From the NCBI GenBank assembly GCA_965214405.1, contig OZ243956.1:4192001-4256000 (forward strand): a DNA stretch of 64,000 bases, given 5' to 3'. The translations under genes and the position numbers were made by a program. Origin of the DNA: Trueperaceae bacterium. GTDB lineage: Bacteria; Deinococcota; Deinococci; Deinococcales; Trueperaceae. Shown here in pieces: positions 1 through 10,420 of this stretch. The stretch's first letter is position 1, and every line of letters begins with the position of its first letter. The notes beneath the pieces are model-generated. The model did not search any database. It was not told where the DNA came from and worked only from the letters and a program-made list of their open reading frames with translations.

Positions 1-220
1 GCCCTCAGCGTGGACCATTGTTTCAGGTAAACCTGACTTTGCCAACAGTATCGGGTTCTATGAGAAACCCCCAAATTACCGTCGGGCTCTTGTTGAGGCA
101 AGCACTTGATGACCAATGAACCACACCACTGCGGTCTTAAATGACTGGATGCTTAAACCTTGCTTCGCCACTTGTAACTTTGGAGCAGTACCAGTCAAGC
201 TTAGTGCTTCATTTTGTACG

Positions 221-1063
221 CTATTTACCCCAACGTAACTCTGCCCATTTAGGATGTTCTTTGAGTTGCTGCTCCATGTCACGAAATGTTTTTACTGACC
301 GTTTTAATTTTGTATACACATCTCCGCCCACTGAGTATCCTTGGATGCCAATCATGCCGCTGTACCCGACTTGCCTCAAAAAGCCTAACACTACGAAGTT
401 GTCTAACTCACCAGTGTCTAAAGGTTCAATGGTTGCAGGAGGACCGGAGCCAACTACTTTTCGGCTGCCACAAAGATTGACCGACCGCAAGTAAGGTGCA
501 GCCTGCTCAAGGTTTTGAAGGTTTTGGCCACTCACCGCATACCAGTGAAATCCAGGAAATACGACTCCAAGGAGAGGATGGTTGATCTTTTGACAGAGTC
601 TTACGGCGTCCTCGATCCGCTCGAGCCAGCAATTGATATGGGGATAAAGCAGTAGGTTGACATTACGCGATTCAGCGACACTCAACAGTTTTTCGAGCCA
701 AGTCAAAGCTACCCTATCACCACGTGGATCCGATTTAGAAAAACCCGATTCGCCTGCTTTGACATTGATCTCGACACTCGAGCATCCCTCCAGCGAGTTA
801 ACGAGTTGAAGAATCTTTTGGTTGCCTTCATCTGTGTCAGGGGCGCTGATATCAAGAGTGACGTAAACGCCGGCGACAGCTAAGCCATAGCGCGCCTTGA
901 CCTCCACGAGGAGAGGGAGGTCTCGCCAGGCACGGTTGCTCCACAGGGTGAGGTATGTTGCGTCGTAGCCAAGCTTCCTCAGCATTTCACAGCGCGCTTC
1001 AAATTCGTATGAGCCTAGAGAATGGTAGAACGCCGTGTCCATAGCAAAGAGTTGATAGCTCAT
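221..1063 (-). CDS. Sugar phosphate isomerase/epimerase (xylose-isomerase-like TIM barrel)
   Basis: 280-aa ORF with LLLYPH..W and GVVFPGFHW motifs; overlaps the stop of the upstream oxidoreductase. Confidence 0.7.
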   Translation of the reverse strand: MSYQLFAMDTAFYHSLGSYEFEARCEMLRKLGYDATYLTLWSNRAWRDLPLLVEVKARYGLAVAGVYVTLDISAPDTDEGNQKILQLVNSLEGCSSVEINVKAGESGFSKSDPRGDRVALTWLEKLLSVAESRNVNLLLYPHINCWLERIEDAVRLCQKINHPLLGVVFPGFHWYAVSGQNLQNLEQAAPYLRSVNLCGSRKVVGSGPPATIEPLDTGELDNFVVLGFLRQVGYSGMIGIQGYSVGGDVYTKLKRSVKTFRDMEQQLKEHPKWAELRWGK

Positions 1064-2151
1064 ACCGTTGCCTCTAATGATACTGTCTGAGGCTTACCGG
1101 TATCGGCGGCTTCATAGATGGCTTGTATACAGCTAAAGTTAAAGACCGCTTGCCCATCAACCAGGGCTAAAGATGTTCTACCGTGAACGTGTTGATAGAA
1201 GTAGAAAAGAGGTTTATCCATGGGACCAATTTTCTCGTCTGAGTCGAACGTCGTTACGCTTGTTTCTGTCTGGCCGTCTAGGTCATATGTGTGAGCGACT
1301 TTCCTTGCCCCGTTGATCCAGGGCCAGTCCCATGATACGCCCCCCCGACTCCCTTCCAGTTCGACGAGAGAGCGTTCACCACCGTGAGTACAAGCTGAAC
1401 GTTCATAGGTAACCTCAACGACTGCATTGTTGACAAGATGATAACGAAGCGTTGCATCAACGTGCTGCTCAACGTTGTTCGGCGCGCCCTTTAGCTCGAG
1501 ATGAGTATCTGGTTTGGCCGTCCAGGCGTGGATGACCTCAACTCTTACAGGGGACAACACATTGCTGAGGGTAGTGACGTCGTAAGGCCCCCAATCCATT
1601 AAAACGCCGCCTCCACTTTTAGCTTTTTCTAAGAACCAGCGACTCTTCGGTTGGTACTCAACGCCCGTGCGCTTCCGTTGGCTCCGATTCACGAACGTCA
1701 GGTGATAAAGCTTGCCAAGAGTCTCTGCGCCTATGAGATTCTTGACTTTCTCCGTTGTTGGCAAGCCTAAGAAACGGTTACTGCAACAGCCTAACGTGCG
1801 ATTTATTCTGCGAGCGAGCTCGAGCATCTTGACAGCCTCCTCGCGACTCATGGCTAGTGGCTTTTCGCAAAGCACGTGACGTCCGCTTTCGAGCGCACGA
1901 CACGTCAGCTCAAAATGGCTTGAAGGGGGCGTGGCGACGATCGCAATGTCGTCCGACTCGGCAGGCAGGGCCAGCATCGCCTCGAGTTCATCAAACGTTT
2001 GAGCTTGAGGGAAATGCACCCTGAAGGCGGCCAGGGTATCTGGACTGACGTCCGTGACAAACAGCAATGCCTCTTCGGGAAGCTTGCACAAGGCATCTGC
2101 GTGACGCCTTGCGATAGCGCCTGCCCCGATTAAGTAGATTTTCTGTGGCAT
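1060..2151 (-). CDS. Gfo/Idh/MocA family oxidoreductase
   Basis: IGAGAIA Rossmann motif, ATPPSSH, HVLCEKP, GGGVLMDWGPY; RBS AGGAG. Confidence 0.9.
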   Translation of the reverse strand: MPQKIYLIGAGAIARRHADALCKLPEEALLFVTDVSPDTLAAFRVHFPQAQTFDELEAMLALPAESDDIAIVATPPSSHFELTCRALESGRHVLCEKPLAMSREEAVKMLELARRINRTLGCCSNRFLGLPTTEKVKNLIGAETLGKLYHLTFVNRSQRKRTGVEYQPKSRWFLEKAKSGGGVLMDWGPYDVTTLSNVLSPVRVEVIHAWTAKPDTHLELKGAPNNVEQHVDATLRYHLVNNAVVEVTYERSACTHGGERSLVELEGSRGGVSWDWPWINGARKVAHTYDLDGQTETSVTTFDSDEKIGPMDKPLFYFYQHVHGRTSLALVDGQAVFNFSCIQAIYEAADTGKPQTVSLEATV

Positions 2152-2417
2152 AATTCTTATCTCCTATCGGTTTTATTCTGTCTTGACCACTGCCTAGCAA
2201 GAATTCGTGTGAAATAGAAAGCCATTCGCTCTCCAGTTGTCATGCAAGTTGCTTTCCGTCGAGTATGCTTTGTAGTGCTTCGACTATCTTGACCAGATCG
2301 CCCTTTTGCTGAGGAATGTGTTCTTCTAACAGAAGATTAAACGGGTCCACGACAAACCCGAGGGTGGGCGACTAAACCTCCTGACGGAAGAGCTGGTTAG
2401 CGGTTGAAATATTTGTT

Positions 2418-3328
2418 ACCGTAATTGCTAGTTGCCATCCATGCTGTTGGCCCGTCAAACTGGTGATGGAGACATCAGTTTTGGAGGCTACACAGCATGG
2501 ATGACGACTTTATTGTAACGGCTTACTGCATCATCAGTGACACCCTCGAAAGGTCCGGGCATCAGACGCATAAACTGGCGCAGGTGAGTGACGCTGAAGT
2601 TCTCACCGTTGCCGTGGTGGCGGCCAAGTTCTTTGCCAACCATCAAGAGCGTGCTTTGTGTCTCATGGTTAAGATCGGTTACCTTCATCCCTTGAGCGTT
2701 TCTCGCTATAACCGCCGCCTACACGCGCTTAGCTCTTGGCTCGAGAGCGTGCTCAACGTGCTCACACATGTCTTCACCCAGCAGCGGGTCTTCATCGTCG
2801 ACAGCATTCCCCTGGCCGTATGCAGGCGTGTGCGCGCGAGGCGTTGCAAAAAGGTCAGGGGTAAAGCCTTTTGTGGCTACTGCGCGCCGAAAAAAGAGAA
2901 GTTCTTTGGCTGGCGCTTACATCTCATTTGTGATGCTCGGGGCGTGCCGGTAAGCTACAGCTTGGTAGAGGCGTCTTACCACGACCTGACCCCGCTGCAC
3001 GAACTGAGCTATGCGTTACCTCAAGGCTCAGTTTTATACGGAGACAAAGCCTACCTGAGCGCCCCTGATGAGGCGAGTCTGCAAGAGGCGTGCAAGGTGG
3101 TGCTGGTCACCCCGAAGCGCAAGAACATGAAAGAGCAAAACACCTTGTCCGAGGTTTTTGGCTTGCAGCGTTACCGCCTGGGCATAGAAACCATGAACAG
3201 CCAGTTAGAGAGCATGGGCGTGCAACGCTTACGAGCAAGAACCAACCAAGGCTTTTTCATCAAGGTCCACGCTTCTCTATTTGCCCTTGCTTGCACCAAC
3301 CTGCATGAGCTCGACTAGCAATTACGGT
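2418..3328 (+). mobile_element. IS982-family insertion sequence
   Basis: Perfect 15-bp terminal inverted repeats ACCGTAATTGCTAGT (2418-2432) and ACTAGCAATTACGGT (3314-3328) enclosing a DDE transposase; no clear target duplication. Confidence 0.85.
2497..3318 (+). CDS. IS982-family transposase
   Basis: SDAEVLT, SRYNRR, FIVDSIP, FFGWRLHL, YGDKAY and IETMNSQL motifs. Confidence 0.9.
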   Translation: MDDDFIVTAYCIISDTLERSGHQTHKLAQVSDAEVLTVAVVAAKFFANHQERALCLMVKIGYLHPLSVSRYNRRLHALSSWLESVLNVLTHVFTQQRVFIVDSIPLAVCRRVRARRCKKVRGKAFCGYCAPKKEKFFGWRLHLICDARGVPVSYSLVEASYHDLTPLHELSYALPQGSVLYGDKAYLSAPDEASLQEACKVVLVTPKRKNMKEQNTLSEVFGLQRYRLGIETMNSQLESMGVQRLRARTNQGFFIKVHASLFALACTNLHELD

Positions 3329-3335
3329 AGAATAT

Positions 3336-4391
3336 ATGACCGACCCATCTGAGATAGATTGGCTGACCGTATCCTTACCCCTCCCAGAGGAGGGAAAAAT
3401 TGAGCCTACTGTCCCCCTAGAAGATGACACTACCGCAACTGTGCTCGTTTCCCCGACGAGCCGCCTAGATGCTGATAACCTGCTTGACCGTATCAGAGAC
3501 CTTGCGATTCGCCAGCTTAGAGCAAACGGTTTTCACGACTTGAGCACCCTTTTCGAGGTTGCTGTCGGTGACGAGACCAGTTCTACGGTTAACGCTGAAC
3601 CGCAACGCTGGCCCACCCGCAGGTGGGCTTACCTTTTACTCTCTACTTTGCTCGTGGCGTCCTTGGCAGTGCTTGCCTACGACCGTTTCATCGTTCAACC
3701 GAATCTTTCTGCAACCCGAGGCGGCATCTTCGCGTTCCGTGACCGCGTGAAAGCGACCTCAGACTTAAGCGTTCCGACTCTTATCGGTCCCGAAGGAGAG
3801 GTTGAGCAGCTAGAACCTGTGCTGCGCGTATCGGATGTTCCAGGCGCACTTGCTTACGAATTCTATGTCGAAGACACGGTGAGTGGAGATGGCGTCTACA
3901 CCGGACCGCTTCCCAACAATGCCTTTCCCATCCCCGAAGGGACTCTCTGCCCCAACACGCTCTACGAGTGGCGGGTCCGCGTTTTGGGCGAAGATGGCTG
4001 GACCTCGTTTTCGAGTGCTCTCAGGTTCACGGTGTCACCAGGCGCACTCGCTAGCTCACAACAGCAGCTACTTGATTTGGCGCGGATCAAAGAGCGGCCA
4101 ACTCCGCCTGTCATGGTCTCGCCCCTCGGTTCAGTCTCCTCCGTGACACCGACACTCGAGGTCGAACCCGCCGAGAATGTCATAGGCTACGGCTTTTACA
4201 TCCGTGACTTACAAACTGACCAAGTCATCTACAACAATAACTTCGCCCTAACTAACGAAGTCCAGCTTCCTGAAGACTCGCTCAAAGAAGGAGGTATCTA
4301 TCAGTGGAACGCTCGAGCCCGCAACTGCCATTACTGGTCCGAGTTTACCCCCGCCCAGGTGTTTAACGTTGACGTCACGAAAGGAGATTAA
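3336..4391 (+). CDS. Membrane-anchored protein with two Fn3/Ig-like repeats
   Basis: One TM helix (WAYLLLSTLLVASLAVLAY) then two similar beta-rich repeats ending YEWRVRV..WTSFS and YQWNARA..WSEFT. Confidence 0.55.
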   Translation: MTDPSEIDWLTVSLPLPEEGKIEPTVPLEDDTTATVLVSPTSRLDADNLLDRIRDLAIRQLRANGFHDLSTLFEVAVGDETSSTVNAEPQRWPTRRWAYLLLSTLLVASLAVLAYDRFIVQPNLSATRGGIFAFRDRVKATSDLSVPTLIGPEGEVEQLEPVLRVSDVPGALAYEFYVEDTVSGDGVYTGPLPNNAFPIPEGTLCPNTLYEWRVRVLGEDGWTSFSSALRFTVSPGALASSQQQLLDLARIKERPTPPVMVSPLGSVSSVTPTLEVEPAENVIGYGFYIRDLQTDQVIYNNNFALTNEVQLPEDSLKEGGIYQWNARARNCHYWSEFTPAQVFNVDVTKGD

Positions 4392-4392
4392 C

Positions 4393-5082
4393 ATGAGAAC
4401 CCCAAACCACGTCGCCCTCATCATTGATGGCAACCGCCGTTGGGCGCGACAACATAGGATACGATTCTTCGACGCTTATAAATGTGCTGGTGTCAACTTG
4501 GTCGATATCGTTTGCGCTGCTGCTGAGTTAGGCGTTAAGACCGTCACAGCCTTCTTGTTCTCGACCGAGAACTGGAAACGCGATCAAGAAGAGATTGACT
4601 CGGTTATGAAAGCCTTCGGGGAGATTCTTTTCGAGCATACGACTACCTTTGAACGGTGTGGTGTACGCGTGTATACCATCGGCGACTTCGAAGGGTTGCC
4701 GCAAAACATTCAAAGGGCGCTCACGCACACGATGAGCGAAACGGTTAACTGTCAGCGGATGAATTTCGTCATGGCGTTTAACTATGGAGGGCGGTGGGAC
4801 GTCATTGAGGCGGTCAAGAAGGTGACACGGGATCTGAGCCCACGAAGCGTCGACGCCCTAACGGAGCGCGACTTTGCTGATCTCCTAAGCACCGCGTCTT
4901 TCGGCGATCCTGACCTGCTCATTCGCACCGGGAGCCAACAGCGGGTCAGCAACTTTATGATGTGGCAACTGGCTTACACTGAGCTGTACTTTAGCGACTT
5001 GATGTGGCCCAACTTTACCCCCGAAGCGTTCAAGCAAGCGCTGTTCGACTATGAGCAGCGCGAGCGGCGGAAAGGGGCTTAA
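4393..5082 (+). CDS. uppS: cis-prenyltransferase (undecaprenyl diphosphate synthase family)
   Basis: HVALIIDGNRRWA, FSTENWKR, NYGGRWD, PDLLIRTG, RVSNFMMWQLAYTELYF; AAGGAG RBS before ATG 4393. Confidence 0.9.
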   Translation: MRTPNHVALIIDGNRRWARQHRIRFFDAYKCAGVNLVDIVCAAAELGVKTVTAFLFSTENWKRDQEEIDSVMKAFGEILFEHTTTFERCGVRVYTIGDFEGLPQNIQRALTHTMSETVNCQRMNFVMAFNYGGRWDVIEAVKKVTRDLSPRSVDALTERDFADLLSTASFGDPDLLIRTGSQQRVSNFMMWQLAYTELYFSDLMWPNFTPEAFKQALFDYEQRERRKGA

Positions 5083-5084
5083 CG

Positions 5085-5795
5085 ATGCCGATGCCTTACG
5101 CCCACTATGTGCTAGCTCAGGCGGTTGCCGAAGAAGGTAACTTACCGATTGAAAACAGAAGTGCGTACTTCGTCGGGGCCTTCATGCCGGATATCCGCTA
5201 CTTTACTCGGCAACCCAGAGAAAAGTATCACTTTCCCGTCGAGCGGCTCGAGCCCTACCGTCATACAGACACTTCGAAAGATTACCTGCTCGGCTACGAG
5301 GTTCACCTGCTGATTGATGAAGTGTGGGAGTACCCGGAGCTAAAAGAAGCTTATAAAAATGCCTTTCCGCTCCTCATTAAAAAACGGTTGACGCGAGGGC
5401 TTCAAGCTTTAGCGTTTGAAATGTACTGCCTCAAGCAGTCGGTTGACGTTGCTGAGCTAGAACCTGTTGAAAACGACCTCACGAAAGCGCTCGAGATTCC
5501 CACCTCTGACATAGAACGGGCAGTTTCCTCGATGCAGCGGTATCTCGAGCAACACAACCTAGAAGCTGCGCTGGAGATGGCGAAGGAGACCAAGCTATTT
5601 CCAGAAGAGCGGCTCCAAACGGTAGAGCGCGTGGTGAACCTCATGAAAAACGCACTCGTTCGCCCCATCGTCTACGGCGTCGTTACGAGGGCGTCGAGAC
5701 GGATATTTTCTAAAGTCGTCCTTCATGTCATCAATAGATTAGGACAAAACGAAGTAAACCACCCTTCTGAGTGTAAACGTGCAACCCTTGAGTGA
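5085..5795 (+). CDS. Zinc-dependent phospholipase C-like protein
   Basis: N-terminal H, GAFMPDI and GYEVHLLIDEVW metal-ligand pattern. Confidence 0.55.
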   Translation: MPMPYAHYVLAQAVAEEGNLPIENRSAYFVGAFMPDIRYFTRQPREKYHFPVERLEPYRHTDTSKDYLLGYEVHLLIDEVWEYPELKEAYKNAFPLLIKKRLTRGLQALAFEMYCLKQSVDVAELEPVENDLTKALEIPTSDIERAVSSMQRYLEQHNLEAALEMAKETKLFPEERLQTVERVVNLMKNALVRPIVYGVVTRASRRIFSKVVLHVINRLGQNEVNHPSECKRATLE

Positions 5796-6405
5796 GGCTC
5801 GAGGCATTACGACCTTAGCTGTTTGGGTGTCGCGTGTCTTTCATCCCTTTGTCATTTCCACTCTCGTTCTTTTTCTAACTCAGGTTCTGTCTGCCGTCAC
5901 TATCCCAGAGGCGCTAGGCTGGACGGTGCTCACCGTCGCAGTGTTGATTCTGCCTATTCTGCTCTTTGTTTTGCTCAGGGTTAGATCAGGTTGCTATGCG
6001 GATATCGACGTGTCCGTGCGGGAGGACAGGGTTTTACTTTACGGACTGGCGGGGGCTTGTTCTGTCCTGCTCATCATCCTACTGGCTGTCTTCGACGCGC
6101 CCAGAATAGTCCAGGCGACGCTGCGGGCAGCTTTGTTCGCGTTTGGCGTGGCTGCCGTGCTGAACCGGTTCGTCGGCAAGATAAGTTTGCACATGCTGGC
6201 GATGGGGGGCTGCATGGCTGTTCTTTCCTTTGTCTCCTTACCTACAGGCATCACATTGGGGCTCTTCAGCTTGCCGCTCGGGTGGTCTCGGCTTTACCTC
6301 ACGCGGCACACGTTTATGGAAGTCCTCGTGGGTTGGTTAGTAGGTGTTATTTGCTTTGGTAGTTGGTTTTCAATTACTTTAGTAAACTCTGTAAGAAATG
6401 TTTAG
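5779..6405 (+). CDS. PAP2-family membrane phosphatase-like protein
   Basis: Multi-TM; KISLH and WSRLYLTRHT..EV motifs. Confidence 0.7.
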   Translation: MQPLSEARGITTLAVWVSRVFHPFVISTLVLFLTQVLSAVTIPEALGWTVLTVAVLILPILLFVLLRVRSGCYADIDVSVREDRVLLYGLAGACSVLLIILLAVFDAPRIVQATLRAALFAFGVAAVLNRFVGKISLHMLAMGGCMAVLSFVSLPTGITLGLFSLPLGWSRLYLTRHTFMEVLVGWLVGVICFGSWFSITLVNSVRNV

Positions 6406-6447
6406 CCAGGGAACACATTTGAGAACAACCGTTTTCCGTAGGGAACA

Positions 6448-7731
6448 ATGAACAGCAAAATCATCACCATTGTGACGATAGGTTCACGGGGCGATGTCCA
6501 GCCGTACATTGCACTCGGGTTGGGACTTGAGAAGGCCGGTTACAAGGTGCGCATCGCTGCACCTGCAAGGCTGAGGGGCTTGATTACGCGTTACGGCCTC
6601 ACCGCCCTTCCCGTTCATGCGGTCGACCCTCAAGCGTTTCTCGCTCAAGCCGCCGTGCAAGATGTCGCCAAGCGAAGGAATCCCTTACAGCAAATGAGAG
6701 CGTTGCTGCGCGAAGCACGCCCCCTCATCGTAGACTTTCTCGACGAGGTCTGGGAGGCTTGTCAAGACAGCGACGCGATCATCGCCACCACCATTTTCTT
6801 TGGCGCTCAAGACAGCGCTGAAAAGCTCGGTATTCCCTGCATCTATACCTTTTTGCATCCGCTCTTCCCGACGCGGACCTCCTCGAGTCCGCTGGTGCCA
6901 CGACTCCCTGGGAACCTTGGCCTCCTCAACCGTGCAAGTCACACGCTGGTCGAGCAGGTGTTCTGGCAGACGTTTCGACCGATGGTGAACGCCTTTCGAA
7001 AGCGCCTCGGTCTGCCGCCCAGACCGTTGTGGGGTCCACATGGTCTCCTGCGGCAAGGTAGCTCTCTGGTGCTCTTTGGCTTCAGCCCTGCTGTTTTCCC
7101 CAGACCCCCAGACTGGCCGGCTCACGCGCATGTGACGGGCTATTGGTTTCTCGACGAACCGAAGGACTGGGCACCACCAGCAAATCTCAAAGCTTTCTTA
7201 GAGAGCGGCCCACCACCTACCTACGTCGGTTTCGGGAGCATGACCGACCAAGCTTCAGAACAGATGACTCAGCTCGTGGTTGAGGCGGTAACAGGTACCC
7301 AGCAACGTGCTGTGCTGGCCGCGGGCTGGAGTGGGCTTGGTGGCTCAAGACTTCCCGACACGGTATTTCGCACCGACTCAGTCCCCCATGCTTGGCTCTT
7401 CCCGCGTATGGCTGCGGTCACCCATCATGGCGGGGCGGGGACGACCTCGGCGGGCTTTCGGGCCGGGGTGCCTTCCATTATCACCCCGTTCGTCGCCGAT
7501 CAGCCTTTTTGGGCAAATCGCGCGGTTGCGCTTGGGATAGGTCCAGAACCCATTTTCTATCGCCAACTTACAGTTGAAGCCTTAGCAATCCGCTTCCAAA
7601 CGGCTGTCGGGAATAACGAGATGCGAAAGCGGGCAAAGCGCTTAGGTCAAACCATTCGAGCTGAAGATGGTGTAGAAAAGGCTGTCGCGCTTATCAACGC
7701 CTATCTCGAGACACATTCGCGTTACCTCTGA
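6448..7731 (+). CDS. GT1 / sterol-glucosyltransferase-like glycosyltransferase
   Basis: GSRGDVQPYIALG, YVGFGSM, HHGGAGTT, PFVADQPFWA. Confidence 0.9.
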   Translation: MNSKIITIVTIGSRGDVQPYIALGLGLEKAGYKVRIAAPARLRGLITRYGLTALPVHAVDPQAFLAQAAVQDVAKRRNPLQQMRALLREARPLIVDFLDEVWEACQDSDAIIATTIFFGAQDSAEKLGIPCIYTFLHPLFPTRTSSSPLVPRLPGNLGLLNRASHTLVEQVFWQTFRPMVNAFRKRLGLPPRPLWGPHGLLRQGSSLVLFGFSPAVFPRPPDWPAHAHVTGYWFLDEPKDWAPPANLKAFLESGPPPTYVGFGSMTDQASEQMTQLVVEAVTGTQQRAVLAAGWSGLGGSRLPDTVFRTDSVPHAWLFPRMAAVTHHGGAGTTSAGFRAGVPSIITPFVADQPFWANRAVALGIGPEPIFYRQLTVEALAIRFQTAVGNNEMRKRAKRLGQTIRAEDGVEKAVALINAYLETHSRYL

Positions 7732-8328
7732 TGGCTCGTCATCTACAGCGGATCGCATAAAGACTGAGGGTGCATAGCGCAGGTAGCATTTCCTAAACTC
7801 TATCCTACACAGGCGTTTATAAACTACGCCTCCCTCAAATCAGATGCTACCTGCCTGATTGCCTGACAAAACTTTGCTTGTATGGCTGGGGCAGAGGCTA
7901 GGGCCGCTATTTACTGAGACTGCAGCGCTTGCAACTCAAGAGAAGTCGGGGCGAACGCGCTGATTTTGTGCCTAAACCTGCTGGATTCTCCTGCTTTATG
8001 TTGCTTAGCGGCTCCCACAACTGCAGAACTGGTAAGCGAGAGACAAAAGCTCGCCGACGCAGCTTATGGACTTTTGTCAGGCAATCAGTGCTACCTGCTA
8101 TAGGTGTTCAGAAAGATTAAAAGCCAAACACCAACACATCCCGCCCCGATGATCCATCCTCCAACCTATACGGAGAGCGCTAAAACCTTGGGGGTGCTGG
8201 CTTAGGACGAGCAGGAAAAGCTATAGGTTGTCCTGCGAAGTTGCTATGGCACGGAAACCGCTGGCCCTAGATTGATGTGTCAGGCGCGTCAGACCCCCGA
8301 CATTTTAGTGCTCTCCAACTCTAACAGC

Positions 8329-10296
8329 TTACCGAGGCGCCACCACGACGTTCTGGGTCGCGTCCCCGGTGTAGTCCACGCTGACTTTCACCACCCCATA
8401 GAGCTCGCCGCCTTCGCCAAGCGCGCCGTCCCCGTCCACATCGGTCCCCACCTCGAGCGTGTAGTCGCCCGCCGCCAGGTTCTCGAAGCCAAACAGGCCC
8501 GCGGCGTCGGCCCGACCCTCCGCTACCATGATGCCGCCCCGCCGGAGCCTCACGATGAGGCTGTCGGCCGGGGCTCGCAAGAGGCTCCGCGCTAGGGCGA
8601 CGGCCGCTTGTGCGTCGACGAGACCGGAACCGTACTCTGGGTCCCAACCGCTTGCTCCTAAGTCTTTGCTTGTGCTCTGCAAGATAGCCAGCACCGCGGC
8701 GGGGTTCAGGTCCCGGTTGACGCTTCTAAGCAAGGCGGCGACGCCCGCCACGTGCGGGCTCGCCATACTGGTGCCTTGCTCGAAGGCATACGCGGGTTGA
8801 TTGCGCTCGACGTCCCAGCCGGTGCTCAGCACGCCGTCAGCGTACCCGTCGTTGTTCCGGTCTACGGTGACGTCACCGCCGGGCGCGACCAGGTCGAGCT
8901 CGAGGCCGTAGTTGCTGTAGTAGGCGCGCGCGTTCTGGAGGTCCGTCGCGCCTACTGCGATCACCCCTGGGTAAGCGGCGGGGTACTTAATGCCTTCGTT
9001 CTCGTTACCCGCCGCGGCGACGACTGTCACGCCTTGAGCCACGGCCAGAGAGATCACCTCTGCTTCCATGAACGAGCCCGGCGCTCCTCCGAGGCTCATG
9101 TTGATGACCTCGATGGGCTCGTCAAGCTGGCCCGCTCCAGGGATCGGGTAACCGGCTGCGTAAAGAATCGCTTTCATAACGGCGTCCATAGGCATGGGAC
9201 AGGTGCCCTTGCCCGCGTCATAAACGCCGACCTTGAGCGGGAGCACCCTCACCTTGGGGGCGACGCCCGCCACGCCGAACTTGTTGTTCGACACCGCCGC
9301 CACCGTCCCCGCCACGTGCGTGCCGTGCTCCGCGCAGGCGTCGGTCGTGACGTTCTCTTCGGCGTCCATGTCGCCGAAGTCGAAGCCGTCGAGCAGGTTC
9401 GCCCGCAGGTCGGGGTGCGAGGTGGCGAACCCCCCGTCGATGACCGCGACGGTCACGTCGGGCGTTCCCTCGCTCAAGTCCCACGCGCCGGGGAGGTTGA
9501 CGGCCGCGTAGTGCCACTGGTGGATGTACGCCTCGTCGTTGGGGACGCCGAAGGCCTGTTGCAGGTAGTTGGGGGTGGCGTAGCTCACCCGGCCGTCACG
9601 CTCGAGCGCCGCCAGCACCTCGGCGAGCGGTCGGTCGGTTTTCGCCACCACGAGCGGCAAGACGGTGCTGACGGGCGCGCCGACCGTGAGGCCGTAGTCG
9701 GTTGCAAGCGAGGCCGAAACCGACGCTAAGGCGCCCTGGCTGAGTTCTACATTCTGTGGCACGAGGCCGCTACGCTGCTGTAAAGCCCGCGCCATCGCGC
9801 TGTCGAGGCGCACCAGCAGCTCGCCGGGTACGTAATCCACCCCGGCCTCGAGCGTGCCCAGGTCGCGCGTGGCTGCGTTTGTGGTGAGGTGGCCTTGCCT
9901 GTCGCTCGCCTCTCCTTTGAGGCTGGGAAAGCGCATACTGACCGTCACGACCGCCTCGGGCTCGGCACCGCGGAAGAGGACGCTGCCCGCGTAGTGTCCG
10001 GGCGTGACGCCCGTCCGGTCGACCGTCAGGGTCAGCGTCGCGTTCCCGTCGCCGCCCGCTTTGTCGAGCTTGAGCCAGGACTGGTCCGTGGCGGCGGTCC
10101 AGGCGCCGTCGGCCGTGATGTCAAGCGTCGCGCTGCTGGTCCCGTTGAAGCTCACGTAGCTCGGGCTGGCCTGCACCTCGACCGCCAGACCGGGGCCGGG
10201 GGCCGGGGTCGTGTCGGCGGGCGGGCTGCCTTGGCAGGCTACGAGAGAGAAGAGCAAGATAAGCGAAAAGAACGCGAGACGCAGGGGCATGAGCAT
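8329..10296 (-). CDS. S8 (subtilisin) serine peptidase lipoprotein with BACON-like domain
   Basis: Lipobox LVAC; catalytic triad VAVIDGG / HGTHVAG / GTSMASPHVAG. Confidence 0.9.
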   Translation of the reverse strand: MLMPLRLAFFSLILLFSLVACQGSPPADTTPAPGPGLAVEVQASPSYVSFNGTSSATLDITADGAWTAATDQSWLKLDKAGGDGNATLTLTVDRTGVTPGHYAGSVLFRGAEPEAVVTVSMRFPSLKGEASDRQGHLTTNAATRDLGTLEAGVDYVPGELLVRLDSAMARALQQRSGLVPQNVELSQGALASVSASLATDYGLTVGAPVSTVLPLVVAKTDRPLAEVLAALERDGRVSYATPNYLQQAFGVPNDEAYIHQWHYAAVNLPGAWDLSEGTPDVTVAVIDGGFATSHPDLRANLLDGFDFGDMDAEENVTTDACAEHGTHVAGTVAAVSNNKFGVAGVAPKVRVLPLKVGVYDAGKGTCPMPMDAVMKAILYAAGYPIPGAGQLDEPIEVINMSLGGAPGSFMEAEVISLAVAQGVTVVAAAGNENEGIKYPAAYPGVIAVGATDLQNARAYYSNYGLELDLVAPGGDVTVDRNNDGYADGVLSTGWDVERNQPAYAFEQGTSMASPHVAGVAALLRSVNRDLNPAAVLAILQSTSKDLGASGWDPEYGSGLVDAQAAVALARSLLRAPADSLIVRLRRGGIMVAEGRADAAGLFGFENLAAGDYTLEVGTDVDGDGALGEGGELYGVVKVSVDYTGDATQNVVVAPR

Positions 10297-10420
10297 CCTC
10301 CCCGAGAAGCGTAGCGGTTGGGGGTGTGAGGGGTGGATGAAAGTTTCACGCCTGGCCTTGACCGCCTCGCGGATAGGCGCTCTGTACGGCGACGGCAGAA
10401 CATTGCGTGCATCTATTTAG

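Noticed and set aside
8752..9729. Long antisense ORFs (also 53245-54279, 26612-27331, 28316-28981)
   Set aside because: Shadows of GC-rich genes on the opposite strand
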